The notes beneath the pieces were generated by a model. That model was given only the letters and a program-made list of their open reading frames with translations, made no database searches and had not been told where the DNA came from. A program made the position numbers and the translations under genes. This document shows positions 29,667 to 40,063 of a DNA stretch of 64,000 nt, in pieces. This stretch comes from an uncultured delta proteobacterium (lineage in GTDB: Bacteria; Desulfobacterota; Syntrophia; Syntrophales; UBA2185). The DNA lies in NCBI GenBank assembly GCA_963729715.1, contig CAVSPA010000005.1:608001-672000 (forward strand), given 5' to 3'. Numbering within the stretch: position 1 is the first letter of the stretch; each line of letters opens with the position of its first letter.

Positions 29667-30701
29667 TTATTTGAAAAGCAGAACGAACTGCTCGAAGAGG
29701 TCTCTGTGGAAGTGATGAATCATCTCCTCTTTCATCAATTGAAGGGCGCCAAAGGGGTCGAGTTTCTGTCTGTAGGAACGCTCCGATGTCAGTGCATCAA
29801 ACACATCGGCGATTGAGCATATCCTCCCATAGAGATGGATGTCGTCTCCTTCAAGCCCATCAGGATATCCCTTGCCGTCGAACCTCTCGTGGTGTTGTAG
29901 CACTATCTTCTTGCATTCATGGGTCAATTGATTCGTCTCATAGAGAAGCTTGTATCCCATGTGGGGATGCTGCTTCATCTGGGCCATTTCCTCTTCCGTC
30001 AACTTGCCGGGCTTATTGATGATGGACGCGTCCACCTCCACCTTGCCCAGGTCATGAAGAAAAAAGCCGGCTCCCAGTTCGTGCATGTTATGAGCCGCCG
30101 ATTTCTTGAAGAGGGACTTGGAAAGGGAAACCGCCAGAAACCCAACATTGACCGAATGCGTATAGGTATAGAAATCATGGGATGTAATGTTAAGCAGGTA
30201 CAGGGATGTATCATCATCAGTAAGAATCAGATCGACAACTTCCGCAATACCTTTTTTAACATCCTGAATATTTTCAGCAGTAGGATTTTCAAGCAGGTTG
30301 CTTATCATGGTGAGGGAATGGGCTCTGACTGCTTTTGCCTTTTCTTGAGGAGCTAACTTTACATCATGGATTGCCTCCCGGAGTCCATCCGGTACGACGG
30401 TTCTGGATACGGGTGGTCTTGTGGTCAGTTCACATTCGGTTTGAGGTGCGCTACTCTTTTGCTCTCCGTTAAAATTGCTTTTCTTGGTATCAAGGATAAC
30501 TTCTGTTATGCCGCTTTCAGAGATCTTTTCTATCTGTTCTCTTGATCTAATAAGAAATTCGTTCTTTACAAACGGGTGCTGATACCACGACACCGGCAAA
30601 ATAACATACATGCCGATTTTCAGATTGTCCGTGTTAATCGTTTTTTGCATACCTTGGCCGAATATAATGATCTCGAAATTGTGTGAAACCTGTTCTCTCA
30701 C
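29667..30701 (-). CDS. HD-GYP c-di-GMP phosphodiesterase with DUF3391-like N-terminus
   Basis: HSVNV, HDLGK, HHERFDGKGYP and DVFDALTS motifs; start uncertain (30650 or 30701). Confidence 0.92.
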   Translation of the reverse strand: MREQVSHNFEIIIFGQGMQKTINTDNLKIGMYVILPVSWYQHPFVKNEFLIRSREQIEKISESGITEVILDTKKSNFNGEQKSSAPQTECELTTRPPVSRTVVPDGLREAIHDVKLAPQEKAKAVRAHSLTMISNLLENPTAENIQDVKKGIAEVVDLILTDDDTSLYLLNITSHDFYTYTHSVNVGFLAVSLSKSLFKKSAAHNMHELGAGFFLHDLGKVEVDASIINKPGKLTEEEMAQMKQHPHMGYKLLYETNQLTHECKKIVLQHHERFDGKGYPDGLEGDDIHLYGRICSIADVFDALTSERSYRQKLDPFGALQLMKEEMIHHFHRDLFEQFVLLFK

Positions 30702-30727
30702 ATTCTAATATCGGCAGGTCTGCAAAT

Positions 30728-31261
30728 TTACCTGAGCATTTTTTCCCTTTTTTCCAGTTGTACTTCCAGGCTTTTCAAGAGCTGAATATCCTTTTTGAGC
30801 TGCTCATTTTCCTGAATCAATTTCGCCGTTTCCTCAAGCATACGATGGTTGTCTTTCTTCACTTGTTCGTTTTCCTTAAGGAGTCTCGTGTTTTCTCCCT
30901 TTGCCCTCTCGATGAACTGCAGGTCAGTGCGGCACTGTTCCTCATATAACTGCTCTATATCGATGAGACGGATGAATGTCTCTGAGAGGCCCCGCCACTT
31001 GCTCTTGGGATATGTCTTCAGCACTTCTGCGAATGCCGCTTTTGCTTTGGCATATTCCGCCGACTTCTCGTTATCTCCCAGATATGATATCCCCTGATAA
31101 AAGATAACTTCATCCGCAGGCGATCTCTTGAACCAACTCTTTTCATTCGCCCGCGGGGGAGTCCCAGGGGGTGAGGGCAGAGAAGAGCAGGCCCCCAGCA
31201 AGGCGATGAGCAAAAGAACCAAATATTTACGATAATTTTTCAAAATACTCCTGTTTAACAT
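30728..31261 (-). CDS. Lipoprotein with TPR-like segment and C-terminal coiled coil (QseG/YfhG-like)
   Basis: Lipobox LLGAC; AFAEVLKTYPKSKW; long heptad region ending LKSLEVQLEKR. Confidence 0.75.
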   Translation of the reverse strand: MLNRSILKNYRKYLVLLLIALLGACSSLPSPPGTPPRANEKSWFKRSPADEVIFYQGISYLGDNEKSAEYAKAKAAFAEVLKTYPKSKWRGLSETFIRLIDIEQLYEEQCRTDLQFIERAKGENTRLLKENEQVKKDNHRMLEETAKLIQENEQLKKDIQLLKSLEVQLEKREKMLR

Positions 31262-32561
31262 AATTGCTTCCCGGCAATGTCTTTGCATATTCCTTCAATT
31301 CTGCAGCCTTCTTCGCCATGTCCAGGGGGCCCTGAAACTTGGACCCGTCATCCGTTACTACAGCAATAGTCATGGTTACGAGAGGAAAGTCTTGCTGTTT
31401 CCCCTGTCTGTCTTTCCCTGTGATAAATCCTTTCTGCCTGTCTTTCTCGCTGTAAAACCTCATGCTGCGGCGGTCAAACTCTTCCACGACTTTCTTACAT
31501 ACCTGCTCCGCACGCTCAGCGCCCGTAATGACAATAAAATCATCACCGCCCACATGGCCGACAAAGTCGCCGTCAAGATCAGTGGTATGCACAGTTTCAG
31601 TCAGGATCTTCGCCACCTCCTTGATGACCTCACTTCCCCATGCATAACCATATTTATCGGCGAAAGGCTTGAAATTATCAAGATCGACATGGCAAAGGGA
31701 AAACTGTTTTCTTTCTGAAAGCCGCTTTTGAATCTCCATCTCAATCGCCATATTGCCGGGCAAACCCGTCAAAGGACTCGCATCAAGGAGGAGACTTTCC
31801 AGGACCTTGAGTCGCTCCATCATAAAGCTGAAAGCATCCGCGAGACTGCCTATCTCATCAGGGCGGTTGATATTCAGATTATATTCGAACTTTCCCTCGG
31901 CGATATGTTCTGTGGCCTTTTTCAGTTCCTTAAGAGGTCTGGAGATATTATAAGTAATTAAGAGCGCCAAGGCCAATCCTACAATCAATCCTATGGCGCT
32001 TAAGGTTATTGTCATTCTCGAAGCCTGTACACCGCGCATTTTAATAAGATTCATGCGTGTATCTATATTATTTTCGGCCTTCGTACGGATATCACGCAAC
32101 GCTGTGGCCATATCTTCAATGGCTTTTTGACTATCCGCTTCGGAAATCTTGGTTGCATCCTCTATGTGATTGCCATTAACAAGTGTTACGGTCTGATTAA
32201 AAAGGTCATCATACTGCTTATGCAGTAATGAAATTGTCGATAGTGTCTTTGCCATCCCGGGGATATCATTCTTCCTTAGATTGTCAAGACTGTCACTGAA
32301 TTCATGGCTTCGCGACCAGAACAGCTCTGCGATTGACGGGTCTTTAAGAATAAGATATCTTTTCTCTGCGCTTTCCTGGGCAAGGAGCGCATCCATCATT
32401 GTCTTGCTCGTATCGACAACAATGAAATCCTCATCGATTATTGCATATGCCAATTCATTGAGATTATGAAGGCTGAAGATCGCGTAGGCGCTTGCCAGAA
32501 TGGCAAGCAACGCCATGGCCAAGTAACTCGCGAGCAATTTTCCGCTTATTGTAAATTTCAT
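31227..32561 (-). CDS. Membrane sensor-HAMP-GGDEF protein
   Basis: Two TM segments flanking a periplasmic helical domain; HAMP (ISRPL...DEIGSLA); DLDNFK; HVGGDDF signature. Confidence 0.9.
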   Translation of the reverse strand: MKFTISGKLLASYLAMALLAILASAYAIFSLHNLNELAYAIIDEDFIVVDTSKTMMDALLAQESAEKRYLILKDPSIAELFWSRSHEFSDSLDNLRKNDIPGMAKTLSTISLLHKQYDDLFNQTVTLVNGNHIEDATKISEADSQKAIEDMATALRDIRTKAENNIDTRMNLIKMRGVQASRMTITLSAIGLIVGLALALLITYNISRPLKELKKATEHIAEGKFEYNLNINRPDEIGSLADAFSFMMERLKVLESLLLDASPLTGLPGNMAIEMEIQKRLSERKQFSLCHVDLDNFKPFADKYGYAWGSEVIKEVAKILTETVHTTDLDGDFVGHVGGDDFIVITGAERAEQVCKKVVEEFDRRSMRFYSEKDRQKGFITGKDRQGKQQDFPLVTMTIAVVTDDGSKFQGPLDMAKKAAELKEYAKTLPGSNYVKQEYFEKLS

Positions 32562-32729
32562 TACCCTTACCGCTATTCAGTTCTCCTCGTATACGGCAGA
32601 GCATCAAGTACCATATCCCGCCGATTTCCGCAAAGCAGAAAATCTCCTTCCGTGCCTAATGTTTGTTGCCCCCTGTATTAAGTTTTGGTATATTAGAAAA
32701 AATCTTAGTGCAAAGTGGAGGCGATATCG

Positions 32730-34037
32730 ATGATATATAATGAAGATTTCGAAACGTTGCCCCGCGAGGTTTTAGAAACCCTGCAGTTGAAGAGGTTGCA
32801 GCAGGTTGCGCAGCGTGTCTATCATACGGTTGGCTTTTACAAAAAGGCTTTCGATAAGGCCGGCGTGCAGCCGGATGACATCAAGACACTGCCGGACATA
32901 AAGCGGCTTCCCTTCACGACGAAGCAGGACCTGAGAGATAACTATCCTTTCGGGCTCTTTGCTGCACCGATGAGCAGTGTGGTGAGGCTTCATGCTTCTT
33001 CCGGCACAACCGGCAGGGCGATCGTCGTCGGCTACACGAAAAGGGACGTTGATACATGGTCGGAGCTGATGGCCAGATGCTTTGTGGCCGCCGGCCTGAC
33101 CAAGAATGACATCATCCATAACGCATACGGATATGGCCTCTTCACCGGCGGTCTCGGCGCCCATTACGGCGCGGAGAGGCTTGGCGCCAGCGTAATACCC
33201 ATGTCAGGCGGCAATACAAAGAGGCAGATAATGATCTTGCAGGACTTCGGCCCCACGGCAATCTGCTGCACGCCTTCTTACGCGCTGAACCTAGCAGAGC
33301 AGGGTACGGCCATGGGTGTTGACATGCGGTCACTAAAGCTCCGTGTCGGCATTTTTGGCGCCGAGCCGTGGTCTGAAAATATGAGGGACGAAATAGAGGG
33401 TAAATTGAATCTTGCCGCTCTGGATATCTACGGCATCTCGGAGGTTATGGGGCCCGGTGTTTCCATGGAGTGCATGGAAGGACGTTCCGGCATGCATGTA
33501 TTTGAGGATCACTTCATCGTGGAGGTGATCAATCCGGAAACGGGCGAGACATTGCCATACGGCGAAGAGGGAGAACTGGTCTTCACCACCATCACGAAGG
33601 AGGCATTCCCTATCATCCGGTATCGAACCCGCGACATATCCCGCCTGATCGCCGAACCCTGCCGCTGCGGCAGGAGCCACATCAAGATGGCCCGGGTCAC
33701 CGGCAGGAGTGACGACATGCTTATTATCAGAGGCGTAAATGTCTTCCCGTCTCAGATCGAGGCAGTTCTCGTAGGCATCACAGGACTCGAACCGCATTAT
33801 CAACTAATTGTGGACAGGGTCGGCGCCATGGACACCCTGGAGGTCCAGGTTGAGGTAAGCGAAAAGGCATTTGCAAACGCAGACGAGATCCGCTATCTGC
33901 AGAATTTAGAAAAAGGCCTCGCCAAAGACTTGAAGGACTATCTCGGCGTGACAGCCAAAATAAAATTGGTAGAACCCAAATCCTTGCAGCGTTCTGAAGG
34001 TAAGGCCAACCGGATAATTGATAAACGAAAGATGTAG
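32730..34037 (+). CDS. paaK: Phenylacetate-CoA ligase
   Basis: [30 protein letters not shown] and [16 protein letters not shown] motifs. Confidence 0.93.
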   Translation: MIYNEDFETLPREVLETLQLKRLQQVAQRVYHTVGFYKKAFDKAGVQPDDIKTLPDIKRLPFTTKQDLRDNYPFGLFAAPMSSVVRLHASSGTTGRAIVVGYTKRDVDTWSELMARCFVAAGLTKNDIIHNAYGYGLFTGGLGAHYGAERLGASVIPMSGGNTKRQIMILQDFGPTAICCTPSYALNLAEQGTAMGVDMRSLKLRVGIFGAEPWSENMRDEIEGKLNLAALDIYGISEVMGPGVSMECMEGRSGMHVFEDHFIVEVINPETGETLPYGEEGELVFTTITKEAFPIIRYRTRDISRLIAEPCRCGRSHIKMARVTGRSDDMLIIRGVNVFPSQIEAVLVGITGLEPHYQLIVDRVGAMDTLEVQVEVSEKAFANADEIRYLQNLEKGLAKDLKDYLGVTAKIKLVEPKSLQRSEGKANRIIDKRKM

Positions 34038-34086
34038 GGGAAGCTCTCACTTACTCTTTTTCCCTCGAAATCAATTAGGAGGACAT

Positions 34087-34518
34087 ATGAAAGTAGAACA
34101 GATATCCATATTCCTGGAGAATAAACCAGGAGCGCTCGAAAGCGTCATGCGGCTGCTGAAGGATGCTGATATTAATATCAGGAGCCTCTCTCTTGCTGAT
34201 ACGTCCGATTTCGGAATCCTCCGGCTGATTGTGAATGATACAAACAAGGCACTCAAGGTGCTGAATGACAATGGTTTGAGAGTCAGCCGGACAAGCGTAG
34301 TGGCTGTGGAAGTCCCTGACCGTCCGGGCGGTCTTCACCGTATCCTGGCAACGCTGGCGCAGCATGGAATCAACGTGGAATACCTGTACGCGTTCATCGA
34401 AAAAAGCGGCGAGAATGCTGTGATCATTTTCCGTTTCGATGCTCCGGATGATGCCGTTGAGGTCCTTTCAAAAAATGGGTTTTCTGTCCTGCCCGGAGAG
34501 AGGCTGTATTCTTTTTAA
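34087..34518 (+). CDS. ACT-domain protein (paaK-associated)
   Basis: [11 protein letters not shown] and VPDRPGGL...INVEYLY tandem ACT repeats; GGAGG RBS. Confidence 0.92.
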   Translation: MKVEQISIFLENKPGALESVMRLLKDADINIRSLSLADTSDFGILRLIVNDTNKALKVLNDNGLRVSRTSVVAVEVPDRPGGLHRILATLAQHGINVEYLYAFIEKSGENAVIIFRFDAPDDAVEVLSKNGFSVLPGERLYSF

Positions 34519-34586
34519 GTATGATAATCCCGTAACAAGGTGTCTGGTCCAAGAATGAAAAATCTAGTAGAAAAGGAGGTATTTGC

Positions 34587-35288
34587 ATGAAGACACAGAC
34601 TCGCTCACTAAACCAGTTGGTTGATAAACAATTGAAAAGCTGGCAGGGCGCAACCGTGGAGCGGAAATCTGTGAAGTCAAAGCCTGGTCCTGTTATCACC
34701 GTCTCGAGAGAGCCGGGGAGCGGCGGCAGCGAGATATCGAGAAGGCTCGCGGAAAAACTGAAGATGGACCTCCTAGGCGCGCAAATCATACAGAAGATCG
34801 CGGAAAGCGCCAATATGAGTGCAAAGGTTATCGAGTCGCTCGATGAGAAGGAAGTCACCAGGCGCGATGACTGGTTGAGCGCTCTATTCGAAACACGCCA
34901 CCTTTGGGTAGATGATTATCTTCACCACCTCACAAAGGTCATCGGCACATTCGGAAGGCAAGGCAACATGATCATCGTAGGCAGAGGCGCTCAGTATATC
35001 CTGCCTCCTGACGACACTTTCAGATTGCGTTTCATCGCCCCCATGGAAACCAAAATTGAAAATGTGATGCACCATTCCGACTGCACCAAGGAAAACGCGA
35101 AAAAATACGTCATAAAGACAGATTCAGACCGCCGTGCATACTTGCGCAAGTACTTCAACGCCGATGTAACGGACCCTTCACACTACGACATGGTTCTGAA
35201 CACTGGGAAAATCGGCATAGACGGTTCTGTCGAAGCGGTTGCTATTGCTTTCACTTTGTGGAAACAGAAGCGCGACCGCAACCCGTAA
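34587..35288 (+). CDS. Cytidylate kinase-like family protein
   Basis: ITVSREPGSGG, IIVGRG, DSDRRAY and YDMVLNT motifs. Confidence 0.88.
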   Translation: MKTQTRSLNQLVDKQLKSWQGATVERKSVKSKPGPVITVSREPGSGGSEISRRLAEKLKMDLLGAQIIQKIAESANMSAKVIESLDEKEVTRRDDWLSALFETRHLWVDDYLHHLTKVIGTFGRQGNMIIVGRGAQYILPPDDTFRLRFIAPMETKIENVMHHSDCTKENAKKYVIKTDSDRRAYLRKYFNADVTDPSHYDMVLNTGKIGIDGSVEAVAIAFTLWKQKRDRNP

Positions 35289-35441
35289 TGGGCATGACCT
35301 GCTGCCGTAGTCGTCGTTCCCGTCCCGGAGAACGACATCCGGAGGCACCCTCCCGCAGACACCGGTGCATTCAGTTTTGATAAACTATCAAAATAGATGA
35401 AGCAACCAGATGATATTGGATAGCAAAAGCGACGTTCAAAC

Positions 35442-36281
35442 ATGAAGAAGATCGGTATAGCCCTGGGTGCAGGCGGCGCCAAAGGATTGGCACATGTGCT
35501 GATACTCGAAGCACTGGATGAACTTGCATTAAAGCCATCTTATGTCACGGGAACCAGTACCGGCGCCATTGTGGGCGTTCTATATTGTTCGGGATTGAGT
35601 GCGAAGGACTTAAGGCAGGTTATCAGCCATATAAGTATTGGTGAAAACGATACACTGAAAGACGTTATGACCAAGAAACATATGTTCAAGTGGCTCAATT
35701 TTATGGCGCCACAATTTGACGGCCATGGTTTCCTAAATGCGGAACGGTTCATAAACTATCTCTTCGAATCCATCGGGGCGAGGACTTTCGAGGAGCTCGT
35801 CATTCCTTTGCGGGTCGTCGCTTCAGATTTTTGGACTCGCGAGCAGGTGGTGCTTGACAAGGGAGAATTGGTGCCGGCCATACAGGCAAGCATGTCGCTA
35901 CCCGGAGTGTTCACTCCCGTCACCATGGGGGAGAATGTCTTAATCGATGGCGGAGCGGTTAATCCCGTGCCCTTTGACCTCTTGCCAAGCGATTGCGATC
36001 TCACCATTGCCGTTGATGTTATCGGACGCCGTGACGCAGGACCGGACCGTATGCCGTCTCTGCAGGAAGCAATTTTTAACACATTCCAAATCATGGAGAG
36101 AAGCATCGTCCGCGAAAAATTGCGCAATTCATCGCCGGACATTTACATTGAGATTGAAATTTCAAATATTCGTGCGTTGGAATTCTACAAGGCGGACCAG
36201 GTGTTTAAACAGGCGCAAACGGCCAAGGATCAGCTTAAACGTGAATTGGAGAAGCGAATCTATTTCCACAACAGTTCCTAA
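35442..36281 (+). CDS. Patatin-like phospholipase
   Basis: GAGGAKG, GTSTG, ASMSLPG and DGG motifs. Confidence 0.92.
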   Translation: MKKIGIALGAGGAKGLAHVLILEALDELALKPSYVTGTSTGAIVGVLYCSGLSAKDLRQVISHISIGENDTLKDVMTKKHMFKWLNFMAPQFDGHGFLNAERFINYLFESIGARTFEELVIPLRVVASDFWTREQVVLDKGELVPAIQASMSLPGVFTPVTMGENVLIDGGAVNPVPFDLLPSDCDLTIAVDVIGRRDAGPDRMPSLQEAIFNTFQIMERSIVREKLRNSSPDIYIEIEISNIRALEFYKADQVFKQAQTAKDQLKRELEKRIYFHNSS

Positions 36282-36290
36282 TGCGGACTG

Positions 36291-37730
36291 TCACCCTTTG
36301 ATACATCCCAATGCCCGGAGTTTTGCGACCTTCCTGGAGATGCCGGATCTGTGAACTACATCCACTACCTGATCTAAATCTTTATACGCCTCTGGCAGCT
36401 CCTCGCTGAGGGTTCCTCTCCCCGTGGCCATGACAACGATGCCCTTGGCTGCCATTTCGCGCTCTATTGATCTCCCGCGGCTTGCTTTTTTCGCCTGGGT
36501 GCGGCTCATGACGCGCCCGGCGCCGTGGCAGGTGCTTCCAAAGGTCTCCGCAAAGGCTTTCTCCGTCCCCGCAAGCACGTACGAGCCCGTTCCCATATCG
36601 CCGGGTATTAATACAGGCTGGCCTATATGGGCGTGCCGCGCCGAAAGCGCCGGATGCCCGGGAGGAAAGGCCCGGGTAGCTCCTTTTCTGTGCACGCATA
36701 GCTTCGTTTCTTTGCCATCGACGATAAATGTTTCGATCTTGGCGATATTATGGCAAACATCGTAAAGCAATCTCATACCTAAATCGCGGGGACCTTTTTT
36801 CAAGGTACGTTCGAACGTCTCACGTGTCCAGTGCATTATCATCTGACGGTTGGCCCAGGCATAATTGGCGGCACAGGCCATAGCGGCAAGGTATTCCTTC
36901 CCCCGATTTGACGTGAGATATGCGCAGGCAAGCTGCCTGTCGGGAAGGGGAACCTCCAGTTCGCCAAGATGCTTGACCATCCTTGCCAGATAATCATCGC
37001 AGACTTGATAGCCAAGTCCCCGGGAACCGCTATGAATGAGAACGCAGATCTGATCCTCCTCAAGGCCAAAGGCAGCCGCGGCTTTTTTGTCGAAGATCTC
37101 CTCGACGACCTCGATCTCCAGAAAATGGTTACCCGATCCGAGTGTGCCCAGCTGCTCCCGTCCGCGCTCAATAGCCCTTGTGCTTATCATTTCGGGATCG
37201 GCGCCTGGTATCTTACCTCTGTCTTCCGTGGCCTCCAGATCATCATGTGTGCCGTATCCTCGCTCCACCGCCCATTTGGCCCCTTCGATGAGAACCTTTT
37301 TTTCTTCATTCGCGGAAAGCTTGAGGTCGCTCTTCGAGCCCACACCTGTAGGGATATGATGATACAGGCCGGTTATCAGATCCCTTAAACGATCCCTTAT
37401 GTCTTCATGCGCCAGGCGGGTCGTCACCAGCCTGCATCCGCAGTTGATATCATAGCCCACGCCGCCCGGAGAAATAACTCCGTCCTGAAGACCGAAAGCC
37501 GCAACACCGCCTATCGGGAAACCATAACCCCAGTGCATATCAGGCATGGCCAGAGAATATTTCACAATCCCGGGGAGCTGCGCTACATTGGCCACCTGCT
37601 TCGGGCTTTCGTCCGAACCCATTTCCCGGATGAGGCGTTCACTCGAATAAATGATCCCGGGAACCCTCATGTTGCCCGTCTGCGGAATCATCCACCGGCA
37701 ATCGTCAAGCTTCTTGAGTTCAGACATCAA
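36291..37730 (-). CDS. rtcB: RNA-splicing ligase RtcB
   Basis: MPDMHWGYGFPIGG, GYDINCG, GNHFLE, HSGSRG, HN, HRKGA and HGAGR motifs. Confidence 0.96.
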   Translation of the reverse strand: MMSELKKLDDCRWMIPQTGNMRVPGIIYSSERLIREMGSDESPKQVANVAQLPGIVKYSLAMPDMHWGYGFPIGGVAAFGLQDGVISPGGVGYDINCGCRLVTTRLAHEDIRDRLRDLITGLYHHIPTGVGSKSDLKLSANEEKKVLIEGAKWAVERGYGTHDDLEATEDRGKIPGADPEMISTRAIERGREQLGTLGSGNHFLEIEVVEEIFDKKAAAAFGLEEDQICVLIHSGSRGLGYQVCDDYLARMVKHLGELEVPLPDRQLACAYLTSNRGKEYLAAMACAANYAWANRQMIMHWTRETFERTLKKGPRDLGMRLLYDVCHNIAKIETFIVDGKETKLCVHRKGATRAFPPGHPALSARHAHIGQPVLIPGDMGTGSYVLAGTEKAFAETFGSTCHGAGRVMSRTQAKKASRGRSIEREMAAKGIVVMATGRGTLSEELPEAYKDLDQVVDVVHRSGISRKVAKLRALGCIKG

Positions 37731-38136
37731 AAATCACCCTTCCCGTCCACATGCCCCGATCTCCTCTCACGGCTGCCTGGTGATACGTTACCGCCTTGAT
37801 CTCCGTATTTATCGTATGCTTTGCGGGATCAAATGGCTCCCCCGCCACCTTCCCTTCCAAATGCCGCGGGTCGATATCAACCACGGAGAACTCTTTGAGC
37901 AAGAGTCCTTCGCCGTTATACATATAGAGAACCTCCCGCAGATAGTTCACCAGAAGATCTTCCCAGCCTTCACCATCAACAACTATTTTTCTTTCTACGA
38001 CTGGACTAACATGCGAGAGGTCGGCAAGAATGTCAAAGACGGCAAAGGCGGCATTGGCAAATAACTCATCTGCCGTTTTGCCGTATACCTCCACTCCTAA
38101 ATCCGCCGTGTGATCAAACAGCTTGTATCTATGCAT
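37720..38136 (-). CDS. Archease
   Basis: DHTADLG, EIKAVTYH and C-terminal FDV motifs; overlaps the rtcB start. Confidence 0.93.
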   Translation of the reverse strand: MHRYKLFDHTADLGVEVYGKTADELFANAAFAVFDILADLSHVSPVVERKIVVDGEGWEDLLVNYLREVLYMYNGEGLLLKEFSVVDIDPRHLEGKVAGEPFDPAKHTINTEIKAVTYHQAAVRGDRGMWTGRVIFDV

Positions 38137-38246
38137 TTCGGGTAATCGCCGTTTTCGCAGTAAGCTACGGCAGGCTCCAGTAGGGGTCGTCTATGCATTT
38201 TGCAATTCCCGCGCTGCGCGGGCACTGCGTCTGGATTCTCGATCAA

Positions 38247-39985
38247 GAGACTGTGTCATAATCAGGTTAATTTACAAACGGGCTCTTCGGCAAAAAGATA
38301 TCAGGTTTAGGAGAAAAAGCTGTAACACAAGCCACATTGATATGATAGAGTTTTTCCGAAAGGAGAAACAGCATGGCATATCGAAGTGGCGATCGTCAGC
38401 AGATGAGTTTACTTCCCCAGAGCATTGAAGAATATGTGGCTGAGGATGATCCTGTCAGGGCCTATGACGCCTTTGTTGAAGCTGTTGATTTCCATGAACC
38501 GGGAATCAATATCAATCCGTACAAGGTAGGCCATGCCGAATACGATCCCCGGTCAATGCTCAAGCTGCTTGTATATGGCTATTCGTACGGCGTGAAGAGT
38601 TCCCGTAAGCTGGAGAGGGAGTGTTACCATAACATAGCCTTTATCTGGCTCATGGGCGGTTTGAAACCTGACCATAAGACGATAGCGGAGTTCCGGCGCC
38701 GGAACAAGAAAGCGTTGAAAAAGGTTTTACGACACTGTGCCCAGGTATGCATCAAACTGGAACTGATCGCGGGTAATATCTTATTTGTTGACGGTACGAA
38801 GATCCGTGCTAATGCATCACGTGACCGGACCCATAACCGGGCTTATTATGAAAAGCTTTTGGTCGATATAGACTGCCGTATTGAGCAGTTGCTCGCCGAT
38901 TGTGAGACTACCGACAAGTCAGAGGAAGGCACATCCTCTGAGGTTGCGATGGACAAAGAGTTGGCTAAGAATCAGAATTTGAAAGAGCGGATCAAGGAGG
39001 CCCTTAAATCTTTTGCATCAAGCGATAGGAAGCAAGTCAATCAGACTGATCCTGATTGCGCCATGATGCACAGTGTTCAGGGCAGTCATGCCGGTTATAA
39101 TGTCCAGAGCGTAGTGGATGATGAACACGGCCTTATCGTTCAGGCAGAAGCGGTAAGCGACGCCAACGATGTACGGCAGTTTGCCCGGCAGATCGATCAG
39201 GCCAATGAACTGTTGGAGGCGCCCTGCAAAGTGGCGTGCGCCGATGCCGGATATAGGGATACCGTTGAATTGGAGAAGATTGATCAACAGGAGATAAAGG
39301 TTATTGTTCCATCACAGCGGCAAGCATTACACGAGGCAGAAAGTCCATTCAGCAAGAGCCATTTTACCTATGATAAAGAGATGGATTGCTATATATGCCC
39401 GGAAGGACACAGATTGCTTTATAGTTTTACCAATAAGAGAAAAGGCAAGCGGCAATATCGGATGGAAGATAAGAAGTTGTGCCATCACTGTCGGCATTAT
39501 GGTCATTGTACCAAAGCCCGTAGTGGCCGTAATGTTATCCGGTTGCGCAATGAGGACGTAAAGATAAAACTGGAAGCTCAGTATGAGGAGGAATCATCTC
39601 AGAAGATTTACGCCCGCAGGAAAACCAGAGTCGAGCATCCCTTCGGCCATATTCGACGGAACTTAAAAACCGATGCTTTTCTTTTGCGAGGCCGAGATGG
39701 TGTTCAAGCCGAAACCTCACTTTTAGCAACCTGCTTCAATGTTGCACGCATGATTACGATCTTTGGAGTTGGGGTACTGAGAGAAAAGCTGGTAGCCTTG
39801 AATACGGTTCCAGTTGCCGCGTGATGTGACGGGTAAGTCTAACTGTGCATGCCACAAAGCAGACACGGATATGAGTTGACAGCGCCTGAAATCTTTTCAT
39901 GTTACAGCGCGTGACGATTTCCTAATATTTTTTTGTCAAAGAGCGCTTATGTTACAAAGTGCCTAATCTATTATGACACAGTCTC
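38247..39985 (+). mobile_element. IS1182-family insertion sequence (1739 bp)
   Basis: Perfect 16-bp terminal IRs GAGACTGTGTCATAAT (38247-38262) and ATTATGACACAGTCTC (39970-39985); flanking 3-bp direct repeat CAA. Confidence 0.92.
38373..39824 (+). CDS. IS1182-family DDE transposase
   Basis: YDPRSMLKLLVYGY, PDHKTIAEFR, VDGTKI, TDPD, ADAGY and RVEHPFG motifs; uninterrupted ORF. Confidence 0.95.
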   Translation: MAYRSGDRQQMSLLPQSIEEYVAEDDPVRAYDAFVEAVDFHEPGININPYKVGHAEYDPRSMLKLLVYGYSYGVKSSRKLERECYHNIAFIWLMGGLKPDHKTIAEFRRRNKKALKKVLRHCAQVCIKLELIAGNILFVDGTKIRANASRDRTHNRAYYEKLLVDIDCRIEQLLADCETTDKSEEGTSSEVAMDKELAKNQNLKERIKEALKSFASSDRKQVNQTDPDCAMMHSVQGSHAGYNVQSVVDDEHGLIVQAEAVSDANDVRQFARQIDQANELLEAPCKVACADAGYRDTVELEKIDQQEIKVIVPSQRQALHEAESPFSKSHFTYDKEMDCYICPEGHRLLYSFTNKRKGKRQYRMEDKKLCHHCRHYGHCTKARSGRNVIRLRNEDVKIKLEAQYEEESSQKIYARRKTRVEHPFGHIRRNLKTDAFLLRGRDGVQAETSLLATCFNVARMITIFGVGVLREKLVALNTVPVAA

Positions 39986-40063
39986 CAAGTCGGGAACGAC
40001 ACGTGGTCCTGTTGAGACTGCCACGCTTAATTTTTTCACTCTCAATGGCAAGCAAGAATTACG

